From assembly GCF_009914755.1 (NCBI RefSeq), contig NC_060934.1: a stretch of 64,000 nt of DNA. One strand, written 5' to 3'. The notes under the pieces are model-generated. The model saw nothing but the letters and a program-made list of their open reading frames with translations, did no database searches and had not been told where the DNA came from. Source of the DNA: the human T2T-CHM13v2.0 reference genome, Homo sapiens. The position numbers and the translations under genes are program-made. Shown piece after piece: positions 33,226 to 52,578 of this stretch. Position 1 is the first letter of the stretch; each line of letters starts with the position of its first letter.

Positions 33226-33491
33226 CATTTATTCAACTTTGGCACTCTTGGTATCTTGGGCTGATAATTCTTTGTTGGGGTTGGGGAGAGACTGCCCTGT
33301 GCATTGTGTGATTTATTAATGAAAAATACTTTGCAAAAACAGTATGTTTGGCCTAAAATAGTTCAGCTGACTCTGAGGGTTTACAACAACAACTGAGCAA
33401 GTGACAATAATGGCTGTGCTGTTGAGGACATCCCTGGCCTCTACCCACTAGATACCGGTGGTACATCCCCTTTATCCATTGAGAACCACTG
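33226..33491 (-). mobile_element. MER20 (hAT-Charlie) interrupted by a 121-bp insertion
   Basis: gataattctttgtt...ctgtgcattgt and catccctggcctctacccactagat...ttgagaaccactg match recalled MER20 consensus. Confidence 0.85.
33310..33430 (+). repeat. 121-bp direct copy of 30973-31093 (USP54 3' end)
   Basis: Ungapped alignment, 8 mismatches in 121. Confidence 0.97.
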
Positions 33492-34069
33492 CCTCAAGCT
33501 TGTACATCCAGTGCATGAGGGGAAAAAAGAGAACATCTCACTCGGAAGGTCAAAGAAAGCCAAAATGATATTGCCCACCTTCCCCACAATTGTCTGGGTC
33601 TGTACACATGGTGTGGGTACTCCATGTAAAGGGTCTTTCCAATTCTCCCACTCATTCCTTATCTTCCTAGACCATCCCTCAGCTGAGACTCAGAGGATAG
33701 AAGGGGAGAAAACTAGCTCAGAGGATAGAAGGAGAGATGACCATTTCTGTTCTGGGGATGTCCCAAAGACTGGGTATTAACTCCCCTTTGTCAGTTAAAA
33801 GCTTATTCTGTCATGACTGAAGCAGGTCATTTTCGTAAGTAGACAGACTCTAGGGGTGCTGGTCTAAACCCTTGGTCTAAGAATCATGGTGCCCAACAAA
33901 TGATTTAATATTTATCTAGATAAATGCACGACTTTGAAGCAGTAATTCATATCTTCACACCACTCCACCTTGGGATACCCCCCTCCCCATAGGTATACTG
34001 ATTTGACCCTTGGAGGCCCCTGAAAAGGTACCAAATTCTGGCATATAATATTAGATTTGGGGGAGTTAC

Positions 34070-34253
34070 CTGGGAGTCTATTGGGCTCCCCTGCCATGGT
34101 GGGCATCAGGACATCTGGGGACAGGAACTGTGGTTGGGGAAGGTAGAGTTGGGGACCGAGGAGAAACACAGAAGGGTCATGGATGACAGGGAGGGAAGAG
34201 GAGCTGGAACAACGGTGCCCGGTTTCCAAAGGCTTCCTCACGTTTGATGAATC
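34070..34253 (-). CDS. USP54: USP54 penultimate coding exon ([15 protein letters not shown]...GEPNRLP)
   Basis: ORF 33912..34268; acceptor ttataag, donor G|gtaact; 184 nt, phase 0-1. Confidence 0.92.
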
Positions 34254-35079
34254 CTTATAATGAGACAAGACAAAAAAACATAGAGATGAGGATTAACACA
34301 AAGCAGGATGTAGTTGGGTAAACACAGTGAGGCAAGCAAAGGGAAATGGAGGGAACCAGAGCACAAACATGCCTACATGCCTTGTTCTGGAACAGGACCC
34401 AATTTACTCAGTTGCTCTCCCTGCTAGCCCTCTAAGAAACTGCAAACTTCAGATCCTTATCCCTTAACCAGTCTTCCTCATATCCCTCACCTTCCCAACC
34501 CTATCATTCAGGTCTTTAGCAAACTCCTTAATGCTAACAGTAGAATTAGAGAGATTGAGATAGAAATTTAAAAATAAAAACGAAATATGAGAAATTCAGA
34601 AAGCCTGAGAGAATGAGAAAAAAAAATCCTTCACTTATTCTAAGTACTGGGAATGAAACTATATATGTTTAAATGTAGAATCAAGAACTCTACCCCATCT
34701 TCTCTCCTGTCACTGCTACACATTCCACAGCTTCCTCTTTTGCCTGTCAAGTTTGTATTTACTGATGCTAATGTCCTGCTCTACTCCCTATTAGTTATCT
34801 ACTTTTATGATAAATACCCAGAAATATTCCCCTTTAACATCTGAAACACTAACATATCCAAAATTGAACCAAAATCCTTCCAAACTCCTCCTCCTGGCAC
34901 CTCATTTTCCTAAATCACCCATATTCAAACATTGGCAATGACCTTGATTTCCCACTTCCCATCCACAATTCCATTACTTGCCAAGGACTATCATTTCTAC
35001 CTATGGGTTTTATATTTAAATTCACCTGGACTACTGCAACAGCCTTCAATCTGCTTTTCCTATCTCCCATCCACTCCTC

Positions 35080-35540
35080 CTTACTGTGGCCTACAAGGTC
35101 CTGTGTGATATGGCCCTGCTGCTCCTCACTTTATTTCCTATCATTCCTGGAGCTTTTACACTCTAACTTTAATATTCCTCAAACACACCAAGCTCATTGC
35201 TACCTCAGAGTCTTTATACTTCCTGTTTCTGTTACCAAGAATATTCTTCTGATGGCTCATACTTTCATATCACTGAGATCTCTAATCAAAAGTTACTTCC
35301 TTAGAGCTGATTTCCCTCACTACCCTACTATCAGGAATAGCCCTCAAAAAAACCACTATTACCTCTTTACTCTTTATTCTCTTGCCTTATTATTCTTTAT
35401 CATACTTATCATTGTCTGGCATTATGTCATTTATTTGTTTATTGTCTTCTCCCCTATTTCTTTTTACTTCTGTATCCGCAGCACCTTGAACAGTGCCTAG
35501 AACAATGTGGGCACTTAGTAATAATACATTAAATAAAATA
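35080..35540 (+). mobile_element. L2 fragment
   Basis: cctcaaacacaccaagctc...cctcagagtcttta...gcaccttgaacagtgcctag. Confidence 0.7.
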
Positions 35541-35723
35541 ATCTATATGCCAGTATGTCTAATTTCCTTTACGAGACTGCAAGCTACTCAAGGGCAGAAT
35601 TTGTGTTGTTTCATCAGTGTATGCTCACAGCACCTACTACAAAATGGCACAAAGTAAGCATTTATCATACTGCCTAAGGACCAGGTGCCAGTCCTCTCAG
35701 CATGTGACACAGCTAATTATTCC

Positions 35724-36026
35724 TTTCTTCTTTTTTTTTTTGAGACGGAGTCTCGCTCTGTCACCCAGGCTGGAGTGCAGTGGCGCAATCTCGGCTCACT
35801 CACTGCAAGCTCTGCCTCCTGGGTTCACACCATTCTCCTGCCTCAGCTTCCCAAGTAGCTGGGACTACAGGCACCCGCCACCGCGCCCAGCTAATTTTTT
35901 TGTATTTTTAGTAGAGACGGCATTTCACTGTGTTAGCCAGGATGGTCTCAATCTCCTGACCTTATGATCTGCCCGCCTCAGCCTCCCAAAGTGCTGGGAT
36001 TACAGGCGTGAGCCACCGCGCCCGGC
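35724..36026 (-). mobile_element. AluY-like
   Basis: Reverse dimer; TSD tattcctttcttctt. Confidence 0.95.
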
Positions 36027-36039
36027 TATTCCTTTCTTC

Positions 36040-36870
36040 TTGAAACACTCTCCCCTTGGTGACTATGGTACCACACATCCTTGGTTTCCCTTCAGTCTCT
36101 CTAATCTTTTTTTCTCAGTCTCCTTTTAGGGTTCTTCAGAAGAACCACCTTAAATCTGATGCTCTTTAGGGATATGTCCTGGCTCCTCTTCTCTTTCTGC
36201 AAGTCTTTTCCTCTTTTTCAATGGCTATGATTCCCAGATTTCAATTTGCAGCTTATATATCTCATTCCAAAAGCCTGCCAGATACCTCCACTCAAGCTTA
36301 ATATATGTAAAACTGAATGCATATCTTCCCTCAAATATATCATTATCTACCCATAAAACTTGAGTATCATCCTTTATCCCCACTCCCAACATCCAGGCAG
36401 GCACCAACTCCCACTGATGTTTACTTCCTAACTGGGTCTCAAATACATCGACTTATCTCTATCCTTCCAAACTACTTACTGTGACATACAGGGCTGTCTG
36501 TGGTCCATAATATTCTTTGTATCCTCTCTTGTCAACACTCTCCATCATCTCCCCTTGCCAGACTTTCTAATCCTGCCATACTAAATAAGCTTCTTTTAAT
36601 TCAGTTAATATTTGCTCAGGTCCCTTTTACTTGCTATATTCTTTTTGCTTCCTCCAGGAAGCCTTCCATGATACCTCAAGCCTGATTTAAATATCCCTTC
36701 TATTATGTTCCCATAGGATCAAATCCTTAACACATTATAACTGTTTGTTTATTTATCCGTCCCTCACTGTAGACTGTAAGCTCCATAAAAGCAGGGACTA
36801 TATCTAACTCACCATTGTAGCTCCAGCACCTAGCACAATACCTAGAACACACTCAATAAGCACTTATTTA
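36040..36870 (+). mobile_element. L2 fragments
   Basis: tagactgtaagctccataaaagcagggac...cagcacctagcacaatacct. Confidence 0.65.
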
Positions 36871-37111
36871 TTTGTTTATTTTTGTGCTAGGAATCTTGTA
36901 CAGAATCAATAAGCATTTATTTAAAAGAATGAATCAATGAATGATACAGAAGTCAGAAGAAAGGAAGCCAACTCTCCTAGGAAAAGAACAATTTGCCATT
37001 AAATGAATTGAAAGTACATGAGAACAAATGCTAGGCAGGAGAGTCCACCTTTTCCAAAAAAGAATGGCAGCCTGATCAGAATTGCTTAGGAATTTATGAA
37101 CGATAAATTGA

Positions 37112-37497
<386 letters not shown>

Positions 37498-38264
37498 TAG
37501 AAGACAGACTTGGTTTTCACCATATATGCTTTTATACCTTTTTATTTTTGTACCATGTATTTAAAATCTGTTTTTACATTTTTCCTGAACTGACCTAGTG
37601 GACAACCTTCAATGCACTGGTACTTTGTACCCTGACCTCTACTGTGATGAACACTCAACTTGGGCAAGGAAGTGAAATTCTCCAAAGGTATGATTACCTA
37701 CAAACCTAGCCACTGATATTATTTAAGTTTGTTGATCTCTAATGGCTTGGGCTTTCCTGCCTCTTCTACTTACACATTACTGCACTAGTACCATATGAAA
37801 ATTCTCAAGAAGGCTTTTTTCCTCTTCTTGCTGATACACATGCATCACTTTAGATTGAAAACACACTGAATTCTATTCAATCACATACTGGGGGTGAGAG
37901 GAAAAAGCAAACCAATACTCCATCCCATTTCTTTCCTTCTTTCTTTGATTAGTGCAGTGGGTTCTGACCCAATCAGCAGCCTTTGCTTCTCAGATTCCTC
38001 TCAAGGCTTTATGACTCTTCTCACCCCAGGAAACCCTACAACACGCACGGCCTTTCAGAACTGCTACATGGAATGGACATTCCTCTGGGCTCCAGCTGAA
38101 TGTTTGTAAATAAAATAATGACTGCGTGTCCTTATTTTTGCTGAGTACACAGGGCCTTTCCTCACATTACAACCTTCACTTTCTCCCTGCTTCTTCACCT
38201 GCACTGTATTTTTGCTTAGCAAGGAGGAGGGTGCTCTGAATAGATGGACCCTGATTCTACTTAC

Positions 38265-38405
38265 AAAACTGTGGGAAGAAACCGGAGCTTCCTCCCTCTC
38301 TGAGACAACGGTGCCACTGAGACTGCGTGAGATGCGACGTAAATTCTCTGCACTGTACTGCTCATCCTCCCCACACTCCCTGCTGAGGCCTCGGCAAGGT
38401 GTAGC
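38265..38405 (-). CDS. USP54: USP54 coding exon ([31 protein letters not shown]...SHSF)
   Basis: ORF 38064..38423; ttgaag/gtaagt; 141 nt, phase 0-0. Confidence 0.92.
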
Positions 38406-38722
38406 CTTCAAACACACAGACACATACAGGCAGACACATAATACCAGACTTATGGTTTTCCCACAGACAGTATCCTCAGGGTATGGGAAAGAGTAGGGGA
38501 AGACTCAGTAGTAATAGACACCTGAATTAGATGTATTGGTAAGATAGTGGCCATGTAACAATCTCCTCTAATTCAAAAGAAGCCCAATCATAGACCTTAT
38601 TTTCTTCTGATAGCCCCATATCACCATGCCTCTGCCTTATCATCATCCCTGTCACATCTCTCCATAATTCCTTCCCCAACACACCACCCCAGGCCCAGCA
38701 CCTTAGCACCTGAGGCTGCTAC

Positions 38723-38841
38723 CTGAGAAGTACGCACTGTTCTGGCTTCATGGAGACCATGCTCCATTTCTGCTGTTGAAGTCTTTGAGAGACCAGGATC
38801 ATGGGCTGAGTGCAACCTCCTCCCCATGCCATCTGCAGAGC
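38723..38841 (-). CDS. USP54: USP54 coding exon ([20 protein letters not shown]...RTSQ)
   Basis: ORF 38621..38857; ttcag/gtagca; 119 nt, phase 1-0. Confidence 0.9.
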
Positions 38842-39002
38842 CTGAAGAGGAAAACACAAATACAAGTTGAGGCCATCTCTTCCCCTAGGGCCTAACCTCT
38901 AAGCCTAGCAGCACAAACTCAGGAGCTGTTGTTTCATTTAATAATAAATATGCATCCTTGAATTCAACGGAGGAACATGCTCCTGGAATTTAGAAGCAAG
39001 AG

Positions 39003-39323
<321 letters not shown>

Positions 39324-40009
39324 TTACTGAGTGTCCCCATCTTGCTTCATTTCATTTTTGTAAACATAATCAGCTTCTGTCAGACTTAGGCTCAAGACTT
39401 ATAGACAGAGGAAAGTATCTAACACAGTGAGTTTTGTTTTCTAACACAGTGATTTTCTAAAGTATCTGTGGTGACAAAGGAAATTATCTCCAGTCTAGTT
39501 CAGAATAGAAATGATCATAATAATCATCTATCAAACCTCCTCATTTTATATAACAGGAAAATGAGTTCCAGGGTCTGAGAGTTTAGTAGTTTAACCAGGA
39601 TTAAAATTAAATCCTCTTGATTTTCAGTACAGTACTCTTACCATCTCACCTGGTGACCTCTTTTACTCTGAGAGCAGGAGCTCCTCAGGAATGTTTTACA
39701 TATGTAATGCTCTTTTCCCCTTAGCTTCTCTCAAATCATTTAAATTTCTAAACAACCACTAAATGCTTACCTCTTTTCAAAATCTTTCTAGATTGTTCAG
39801 TTGCTCTAAACTGGATTGGTGACTCCCAAGGGGCTATCCCCAATCCAACTAATTAAGTTTTCCATTCCAAAACTGTATATGCCCCTGACCTACATTTGAT
39901 ACATATGTCCATGGCCAATTCATGTCTTGATTTGATGATTTGATTCTAATATATATATATATATCTGGCTGAAGCTGATATTATTCATGTAAGTATTGTA
40001 AGACCAGTT

Positions 40010-40175
40010 ATTTTCAGTATTCCTGGGTACTTAAATGCAGTGCTTTCAATACCACCTCAGATTCATCTGGGAACTTTTAAAAATATAGCTTCCTGGATGT
40101 TACCACAGAGCTGAATCAGAAGGTTTGTGGTTGGTGCCTGGGAATTTTCATTTTTGAAAGGTTCCCAAAAAGTCT
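40010..40175. mobile_element. MER5-like fragment
   Basis: cagattcatctgggaacttttaaaaata...ctgaatcagaa. Confidence 0.5.
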
Positions 40176-40199
40176 AAGAAAATATCCTTGAACATTATT

Positions 40200-40700
40200 G
40201 GGGGAAATGGGAAATGTTACAGTCTTCCTAAAAAACAACCTGGTAATCTCCAATAAAATAAAAAATATATTTATCCTGTTGCCCAACGATTCTAATCCTG
40301 AGAAGAAGAAGAAAAAAATACCAGTTCATAACAACATATATATGAGAATATTTTCTACTGACATAATTTATAGTAGCCAAGAACTAGAAATAAAGTAATG
40401 CCCACCTATAGAAGAATAAATACATTATGGTTTAATACCAGATATTGTCCAGCCACTTAAAAAGATTGAACTGAGTTAAACTAGATGATTTGAAGAAATT
40501 TTAATGAAACATTGTTGCATTAAAAGGAAAAAAATCTGTAAAATGATAGACAAGCATTTGTTTATGTATATGTAGGTCTACATAGGATTGTATAAACAGA
40601 AAATACAGTGTATGCACACTAGATAATTACCTGGGGAAGTAGGGACTGGCTGTGAGAGAAGAGACAGGAAAATTGTCTATAATAAAAACAGCATGTGTGT
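40200..40700 (+). mobile_element. L1ME-like fragment
   Basis: tttatagtagccaagaactagaaa...taatgcccacctatagaagaataaa. Confidence 0.55.
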
Positions 40701-40807
40701 TATGTTCTTATTTCTATAAAATTATTTCTGTATTTATGTGTTTTTTGGGGTTTTCTGAGCCACTCCTCAGATGACTATAGGTAGCCAGGTTTAAGGATTA
40801 CAGCTAA

Positions 40808-41420
<613 letters not shown>

Positions 41421-41540
41421 GATTTACAGAGTAATGTTTAGAATTGGGTGTTCCTCTAATCAAGCCAAATGTGACTCCTGGACAAGAAGGTAGCCACTGG
41501 AACCTCCTGAAGGGAGTAGAATCTGATTCCTTTAAAAGAA

Positions 41541-41877
<337 letters not shown>

Positions 41878-42053
41878 CTAGATTCAATAGAAGAAAGGGT
41901 TAAGATGATGTCTACCCTCTCATCAATAGAAAGACTACCAGACATTATGTATTCGCTGATATGATGTAAGAAATACAAAGAACTTCCTATTAAATATTCC
42001 TATTTTTAAAATTTGTATCTGATTTTAATTGAGCCTCTAGCTCTAAGTACTAA

Positions 42054-42379
<326 letters not shown>

Positions 42380-42399
42380 AGAACATGTTTTTTTTTTTT

Positions 42400-43051
<652 letters not shown>

Positions 43052-43141
43052 TTATTTCTGAGAGATACATGCCAAATTATTTATGAATGAAATAATATAA
43101 TATCAGAGATTCAGAGATTTGTTTTAAAATAATCTAGAGGA

Positions 43142-43420
43142 GGCTGGGCATCGTAGCTCATGCCTGTAATCCTAGCACTTTGGGTGGTTGAGGCGGGTAA
43201 ACTACTTGAGCTCAGGAGGTAGAGACCAACCTGGGCAACATGGCAAAACCCTGTCGCTCCAAACCACACACAAAAATTGGTCGGATGTGGTGGTGTGTGC
43301 CTGTGGTCCCAGCTACTCAGGAAGCTGCAGTGGGAGGACCTCAGCAGTGGCCCTGATGACACCACTGCATTCCAGTCTGGGCAACAAAGCAAGACCTTGT
43401 CTCAAAAAATAAAATAAAAT
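43142..43420 (+). mobile_element. AluJ
   Basis: Dimeric Alu; TSD aaaataat(c/g)tagagg. Confidence 0.92.
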
Positions 43421-43477
43421 AATGTAGAGGGGAAAGGAAAGTGGGGGAGGTATAGCTAAATCAAAACTGGCCATATG

Positions 43478-43815
<338 letters not shown>

Positions 43816-43867
43816 TCACTATGGAAGCTGGTTATAAGTACCTGGAGGGTTATTATAACATTTATTC

Positions 43868-44183
<316 letters not shown>

Positions 44184-44344
44184 TGAATATATTTGAAATT
44201 TCCCATAACAAAAGTTAATTTTTTATTTTTTAGATATCTATAAGATGATGTCTGCCCAAGTTCAAAGTACAATGAAATTCAGAATATAGGTCAAGAGCAG
44301 TGTTTATATAACACTTTAGGAACTACGATTATGTCAAAATTAAT

Positions 44345-44760
<416 letters not shown>

Positions 44761-44787
44761 TTTTTTTTAGCATTTTTTGAAAAACTA

Positions 44788-45854
<1,067 letters not shown>

Positions 45855-45928
45855 TGTCATGTCACTTCTTAAGGACTCAGTTTTTAAACCAAGGACTCTA
45901 ACAAAAATAAAGACTAGTTTGATTTTAC

Positions 45929-46100
45929 TTTTTTTTTTTAAGAGATAGGGTCTCACTGTGTTGCCCAGGCTGGAGGAGAGTGGCTGTTCACAGGCATGTG
46001 CTCATAGCACACTACAGCCTGAAGCTCCTGGCCTCAAGTGATTTTCCTGCCTCAGTCTCCCAAGTAGCTGGGGTTACAGGCATGAGTCATCATGCTCCGC
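45929..46100 (-). mobile_element. FAM (fossil Alu monomer)
   Basis: Retains the 7SL-derived segment tggctgttcacaggc...catagcacactacagcct. Confidence 0.8.
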
Positions 46101-46288
46101 TTGATTTGATAAATATATTGAGAATAGATTGACTACTAGATAGATTTTTAAAAATTTGTTTCTTTACACTACTAGACAAAAAAATTAATGGTCAGTAAGT
46201 ACTCTTTCATACTGTTTTCAGAAGTATAGTCTTCTTCAAAGCTAACTGGCCAGTATGTATCAATATTTTTTTTAAGTTTATAACATTC

Positions 46289-46458
46289 AAATTAGTCAGG
46301 TATGGTAGTGCATGCCTGTAGTCCCAACTACTCAAGGGGCTGAGGTGGGAGGATCTCTTGAGCCAAGAAGGTCAAGGCTACAGTGAGCTGTGATCATGTC
46401 ACTGCACTCCAGCCAAGACAACAACATGAGACCCTGTCTCAAAAATGAAAAAAAAAAA
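46289..46458 (+). mobile_element. FRAM / AluJ right arm
   Basis: Right monomer; TSD aagtttataacattcaa. Confidence 0.85.
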
Positions 46459-46580
46459 GTTTATAACATTCAACTAGTTATTAGTCTTCTAAAAGGTTAT
46501 TCTAAGGAGCTCATGAGAAACGTGACCACTTAAGTGCAAAGATATTCAACACAGTACTATGTTATTAAAAATTACAAGTA

Positions 46581-46913
<333 letters not shown>

Positions 46914-47227
46914 TCAACAATAGTAGGATGGTTGAAGAAATAAATTACAGTACATTCATATGAAACACTTTATAACCATTAAAGGTAGTTTTTACAGCAA
47001 ATGCTCACAGATATAACATGAGAAAGTCATGATACTAAACTGTATACATATAGTGTAAAGGATACTGCTTTTTGCAAAAACAAAACTATATAGTACATGT
47101 GTATAAAAATGAAAACCAAAGGTAAGCTTATGAAAACATTAAGAGTGAGATTATCAGTGATTTTTGATACTTTATGTATTTTCAAACTACCTGCAATGAA
47201 AAATGTTGCTATTTTGGGTAATACAAA

Positions 47228-47670
47228 TTTTTTTTTGTTTTTGGTTTTGAGATAGAGTCTTGGTCTGTCGCCCAGGTTAGAATGCAGTGGCACAATCTCA
47301 GTTCACTGCAACCTCCACCTCCTGGGTTCAAGCAATTCTCCTGCCATCAGCCCCCCAAATAGCTGGGATTACAGGTGCCCGCCACCATGCCCAGCTAATT
47401 TTTTGTATTTATAATAGAGACAGGGTCTCACCATGTTGGCCAGGCTGGTCTTGAACTCCTGACCTTGGGTGATCCACCTGCCTCGGCCTCCCAAAATGCT
47501 GGGATCACAGGTGTGGGCCACCGTGCCCAGCTAATTTTTTTGTGTGTATTTTTAGTAGAGACGGGGTTTCATCATGTTAGCCAGGATGGTCTCAATCTCC
47601 TGACCTCATGATCCGCCCACCTCCGCCTCCCAAGTGCTGGGATTACAGGCATGAGCCACCATGCCTGGCC
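47228..47670 (-). mobile_element. Alu plus additional left arm
   Basis: Full reverse Alu 47228-47532 followed by a second left monomer. Confidence 0.9.
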
Positions 47671-47696
47671 TTATTATTCTTAAAATAATTACTTGT

Positions 47697-47993
47697 GGCC
47701 TGGCACGGTGGCTCACGTGTATAATCCCTGCACTTTGGGAGGCCAAGGCGAGTGGATCACTTGAGGTTAGGGCTTCGAGATGAGCCTGGCCAACATGGTG
47801 AACCCCATCTCTACTAAAAATATAAAAATTAGCTGGGCGTGGTGGCACACACCTGTAATCCCAGCTACTCGGGAGGCTGAGGCAGGAGAAGTGGCCTGAA
47901 CCCAGGAGGCAGAGGTTGCAGTGAGCTGAGATCACGTCACTGCACTCCAGCCTGGGCAACAGAGCGAGACTCTGTCTCAAAAAAAAAAAAAAA
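47697..47993 (+). mobile_element. Alu (S-type)
   Basis: Dimeric Alu. Confidence 0.95.
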
Positions 47994-48166
47994 TTATTTG
48001 TGTATTCTTGCTTCCTTAGATAGAAAGCTCACTGAGGCAGACTCCAGCTTTCCCTTATTCTTTAGATTCTTCCCATATCAACCAGTCCTATCAAAGACCA
48101 CCTTAGTAAATGTTATTGTAAAATCTACATTAGGATACGGATCCTCAGAAATGTATCTTAATATCA

Positions 48167-48481
<315 letters not shown>

Positions 48482-49190
48482 TCAAATCTTATATTTATGT
48501 GGTATTCCCCTCAAAGGCTCTGGAGAACACAGTAAGTACTCAATAAACACTTACTCAACTGTAATTATATGTTGGTTGTCAGCATGCAAGGAACCTGCAC
48601 CATTACAGAAACTGTCACAGCCAAGCTAAGGAAAAGTTCTCCAAGTTCAATTTCACAGAATCATACATGCCATTTTAGAGTTAGAACATATCTTTTTTTA
48701 AAAAAAAAGCCAGTTCTCTCATTTTACAGGTAAAACCTTGGCCCTGGGATATTAAGTGACTTGTCCAAATTTATACTGAGAGTTAATGTTGGAATCAGGA
48801 AAATAGTTCAGGCTTTGGAGTTAAGTGCATCAATGTAAGTTACAAACATTCTTCATGTCTTCAATTTCCAGAACTGACTATGATGTGCACTTCAGGTGCA
48901 GGCTCTACTCTTCACTCTGTATTATCTCAGTCAGTGGCTACCCTGTAGGCATATAGTACATTAAAAATTCCTTGAACACCAAACTTGACTTTTCCTAAAG
49001 GGATCAGGAAGGTCTTGATATTGCTGGTTCAGTATGATCTGGAAATGTCCACACTGAGCATATGGACATCCTACTGCAAAGCAGACCTGGAGGCTGAATC
49101 TTGGGATTCTAAGCCATAGAAGAATATATTTTCCTCTCAGCCTCCCTCCATTTCATGCTGTCATGCTGAATCACTCTCAAACACCTATGA

Positions 49191-49497
<307 letters not shown>

Positions 49498-49790
49498 CTG
49501 AACCATTCTTTAGCACAGCATACTGGAGAAGCCATGGGCAAATACTTAGTAATCTCTTACTTTAGAAGGAGGGAAGTTGCCTATGAGTGGTAATTCTGCC
49601 CCTTCCTCCACTCTAGCCAGAAAAATGTCTAGGTCTTGTCCTGAAGGCTTTCTGAGTAAAGTCAAAAGTTCTATTACCTCCTACTAAGCTGGGGATAGTA
49701 TCTGTATAGAACACTCCCTTCTGATCTTTCCCTGCTTTCAGCTTTTATATGATCCTCCCCCCTCCCCCCAACCCCTGGTTGCATTCTTAC

Positions 49791-51163
49791 CTGTTTGGCT
49801 AAGTGGGTGCCAGGCGGTATCCTGCTGCCCCCATCCAGAACAGCCAGCTTGAGAAGCCTGAAGACTGGCCTGATACAGAGACTCCAATTCTGAGGTCTCC
49901 TGCTCTGTGTCTTGGTTCCAATGTGGATGCAAAAGGATGTGATTTCTCTCTGGATAGGTTACACACGTATGGGAATCATGAGGGGAGGACTTCATTCCTG
50001 GCCTAGGTGCCCCATGCTTAAGCTGAGAATCACAGAACCTTGTGATATTCACCCAGGAATCCAAAGGCAAGGAAGTCCCCAAGTCAGTACTGCTGCCCAG
50101 ATCCTTAGACCTAACATCTCTCACTTGGGACAGCTTCTCTTGGTATATGTCTGGCTCTGCCAACCTGGGCTGTCCTCCGCTAGAAGTTTCACCATTAGGC
50201 AGCCCAGAGTTTAAGGCAAGAGAAGAATGTTCAGTGGACTCTTCCCAGGAAAGTGGTCTATCCCCACCCTCCAGAGAGGATTGTTGCTTTGCCCATGGCC
50301 AGTGGCCTTTCTCTTGACCCTGTGAGAAAGGAGGCTTAGAATCAGAAGGGGAAGAGTTCTTCCTTAGACTACCTGACAAACTTCTATCCTTGAAACCTGT
50401 ACTATCCCTCATGGAGACACCCTGCATCCTCTGGAACTGCTCAGCCAGAGAACGGACAAGCCCCTTTGTGCTGGGAAACTCTGGCCTATAGGTCTCCTCA
50501 CTGCCTCTGTCCACTTTTAAAGTCAATGAAGTTTTGAGGCTTTGGCCTTGGAGGCATTGGTTAGTTTTCTGCACAGGATCAGGACAGTGAAGCACAAATG
50601 AAGAAGCAACAGGCATTATGGGGTGGCAGGTTCTATACAGGGGAAGGCTGGGCTGAGCTGATGAATTTGAAGGACTACAGCCTAGGCTGTGTTCATCACC
50701 CCTCTCAGAGGTGGCTATTCCAGGCATCACCGGGGAGGGGTTAGCAGGATCCTTCTTTTCTTGGAACAGCTGTTCTTGAGCAATGCCTCTTCCTTCTTGT
50801 GGAGGGAGCTTGCTGCAACTGCTGTTGTCACACCTAGAGCCTTGCAGCTTACCCTCTGGGGCATCCAATGGCTCCCAACTATGATGAGAATTCTTCTCAG
50901 TCCACCCTGGTGCTTTAGGTAAACCTTGCCTGTGGAATGCAGAGGGTTCAATGTTGTCTACTTCAACCGAAGTCAGAAGCTTCAAGGCAGATCTACTGGG
51001 GGAGCTGTGCTGTGGGGCAGATGACTCTGGAGATAGTGATGAGTGTGACTCATGGCAGGAAGCAGGTGAATGGAAGAAAGAACTGGCCCCAAACTCTGTA
51101 TCCATGCCGGATTCCAGTTGGGCCTCTTGGCTTAACAATACTTGGAGCGGGATAGGCTGTTCA
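49791..51163 (-). CDS. USP54: USP54 large coding exon ([15 protein letters not shown]...WHPLSQT), disordered Ser/Pro-rich region
   Basis: 466-aa ORF 49738..51138; ttcag/gtaaga; 1373 nt, phase 2-1. Confidence 0.96.
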
Positions 51164-52134
51164 CTGAAACAAATGGAGAGAGCTAGTCATAAGCTGCCTT
51201 GACTGACAGGAACACTTACAGAAAGAACTCAACATTCCATTCCCATTTCTAGCTATTCACACAGGGAATGGTAAAAATAAACAGAAAGACAAGCACAAGT
51301 AGAGTCAGTAGTTCAGAGGATCACAAAAGAAAAGGCACATGGTCAGCTCACACTCAGGTAAATAGGTAACGTTAATCCTCTTTATTAAACACCCTCACCA
51401 AAGTTGCACAGTAACATTAAGTGGAGCCCTTGCCAATATTCTTCACTACCTGTGAAGTCGCATTCCAATCACATTCTACTTGCAAATTAGGAAACAAAAT
51501 CAGCTAGTCTCACATGCAGATGACATGGAAGGTAAGCAAAGCCTGAAAATCACTCATACCAAACAGCAAAAATCCAGGATGCTATACAGGGAGGCAAGTC
51601 CTACCTGGGGTCCTGAGAGGCAGCCCGGCCAAAGGAACTATGAGGCCACATTTACAAAATACAGGGTGATTTGGGCTCATGGGAATACACAGAAATTAAC
51701 CATTTCAAATATGTTTTTATAATCTGGATTTTGTTCTATTAGTCACTGAGATGTTTCCCCAAAGCAATATGACTCTCTTGAGATTTAGGAGTAGGAGTAG
51801 GGATTAACTGTATTTAGTTGGTTTCTCACTAATTGTTTTGTATTTCTGACTTTAAAAACTTAATGTTACAAGGACTTAAATAAAGCCTCGATCACTCACA
51901 TACATCAGGATGTATACGTTTTCTGGAAACGGTTTACCTATCTAAATTGCTTATATTCAAAACAAGCCCCTAAATTTGAATGAAAATATACTATCAACTT
52001 TTGAGGATATAGTCACCCAGTCACCCTTATAACATTATGGAGAATATGATTTACTAATATGGGAAGCCCAATCATACAAGGCAATATTACATAATGGTTA
52101 AGGACATGTGCTTTAGCATCAAATAGACCTGCAA

Positions 52135-52438
52135 TTTTTTTTTTTTTTTTTTTTTTGAGACAAGGTCTTGCTCTGTCACCCAGGCTGGAGTGTGGCAGTG
52201 CCATCACGGCTCACTGCAGCCTTGACCTGCCGGGCTAACCGATTCTTCCACCCAAGCCTCCTAAGTAGCTGGGACCACAGGTATGCACCACCATGCCCAG
52301 CTAAATTTTTTGTGTTTTTTGTAGAGACAGGGTTTTACCGTGTTGCCCAGGCTGGTCTCAAACTCCTTGACTCAAATAATCTGCCCTCCTCGGCCTCCCA
52401 AAATTCTGGGATTACAGGCGTGAGCTACCATGCCTAGC
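52135..52438 (-). mobile_element. AluJ
   Basis: Reverse dimer. Confidence 0.93.
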
Positions 52439-52473
52439 AGTTAACTATTTTTGAACATTTGCCTTTTGAACAT

Positions 52474-52578
52474 TGAACCCAGGAGGTTGAGGCTGCAGTA
52501 AGCTGTGATCGTGCCACTGCACTCCAGCCTGGGTGAAAAAGCAAGATCCTGTCTCCAAAAAAAAAAAAAAAAAAAAAA
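52474..52578 (+). mobile_element. 5'-truncated Alu right-arm fragment
   Basis: tgaacccaggaggttgaggctgcagt...A tail. Confidence 0.88.

Noticed and set aside
35003-35500. 165-aa hydrophobic + strand ORF
   Set aside because: Overlaps a decayed L2; T-rich composition explains the hydrophobicity.
38708-38722. Alternative donor CAG|gtgcta 13 nt past the USP54 donor at 38723
   Set aside because: Would frameshift the downstream exons; the 38723 donor keeps the frame.
39413-39468. Scrambled short repeats (ctaacacagtga twice, aagtatct twice)
   Set aside because: May be a small repair scar but is too short to interpret.
49803-51202. Several antisense ORFs over the large USP54 exon
   Set aside because: Shadow frames of a real coding exon.
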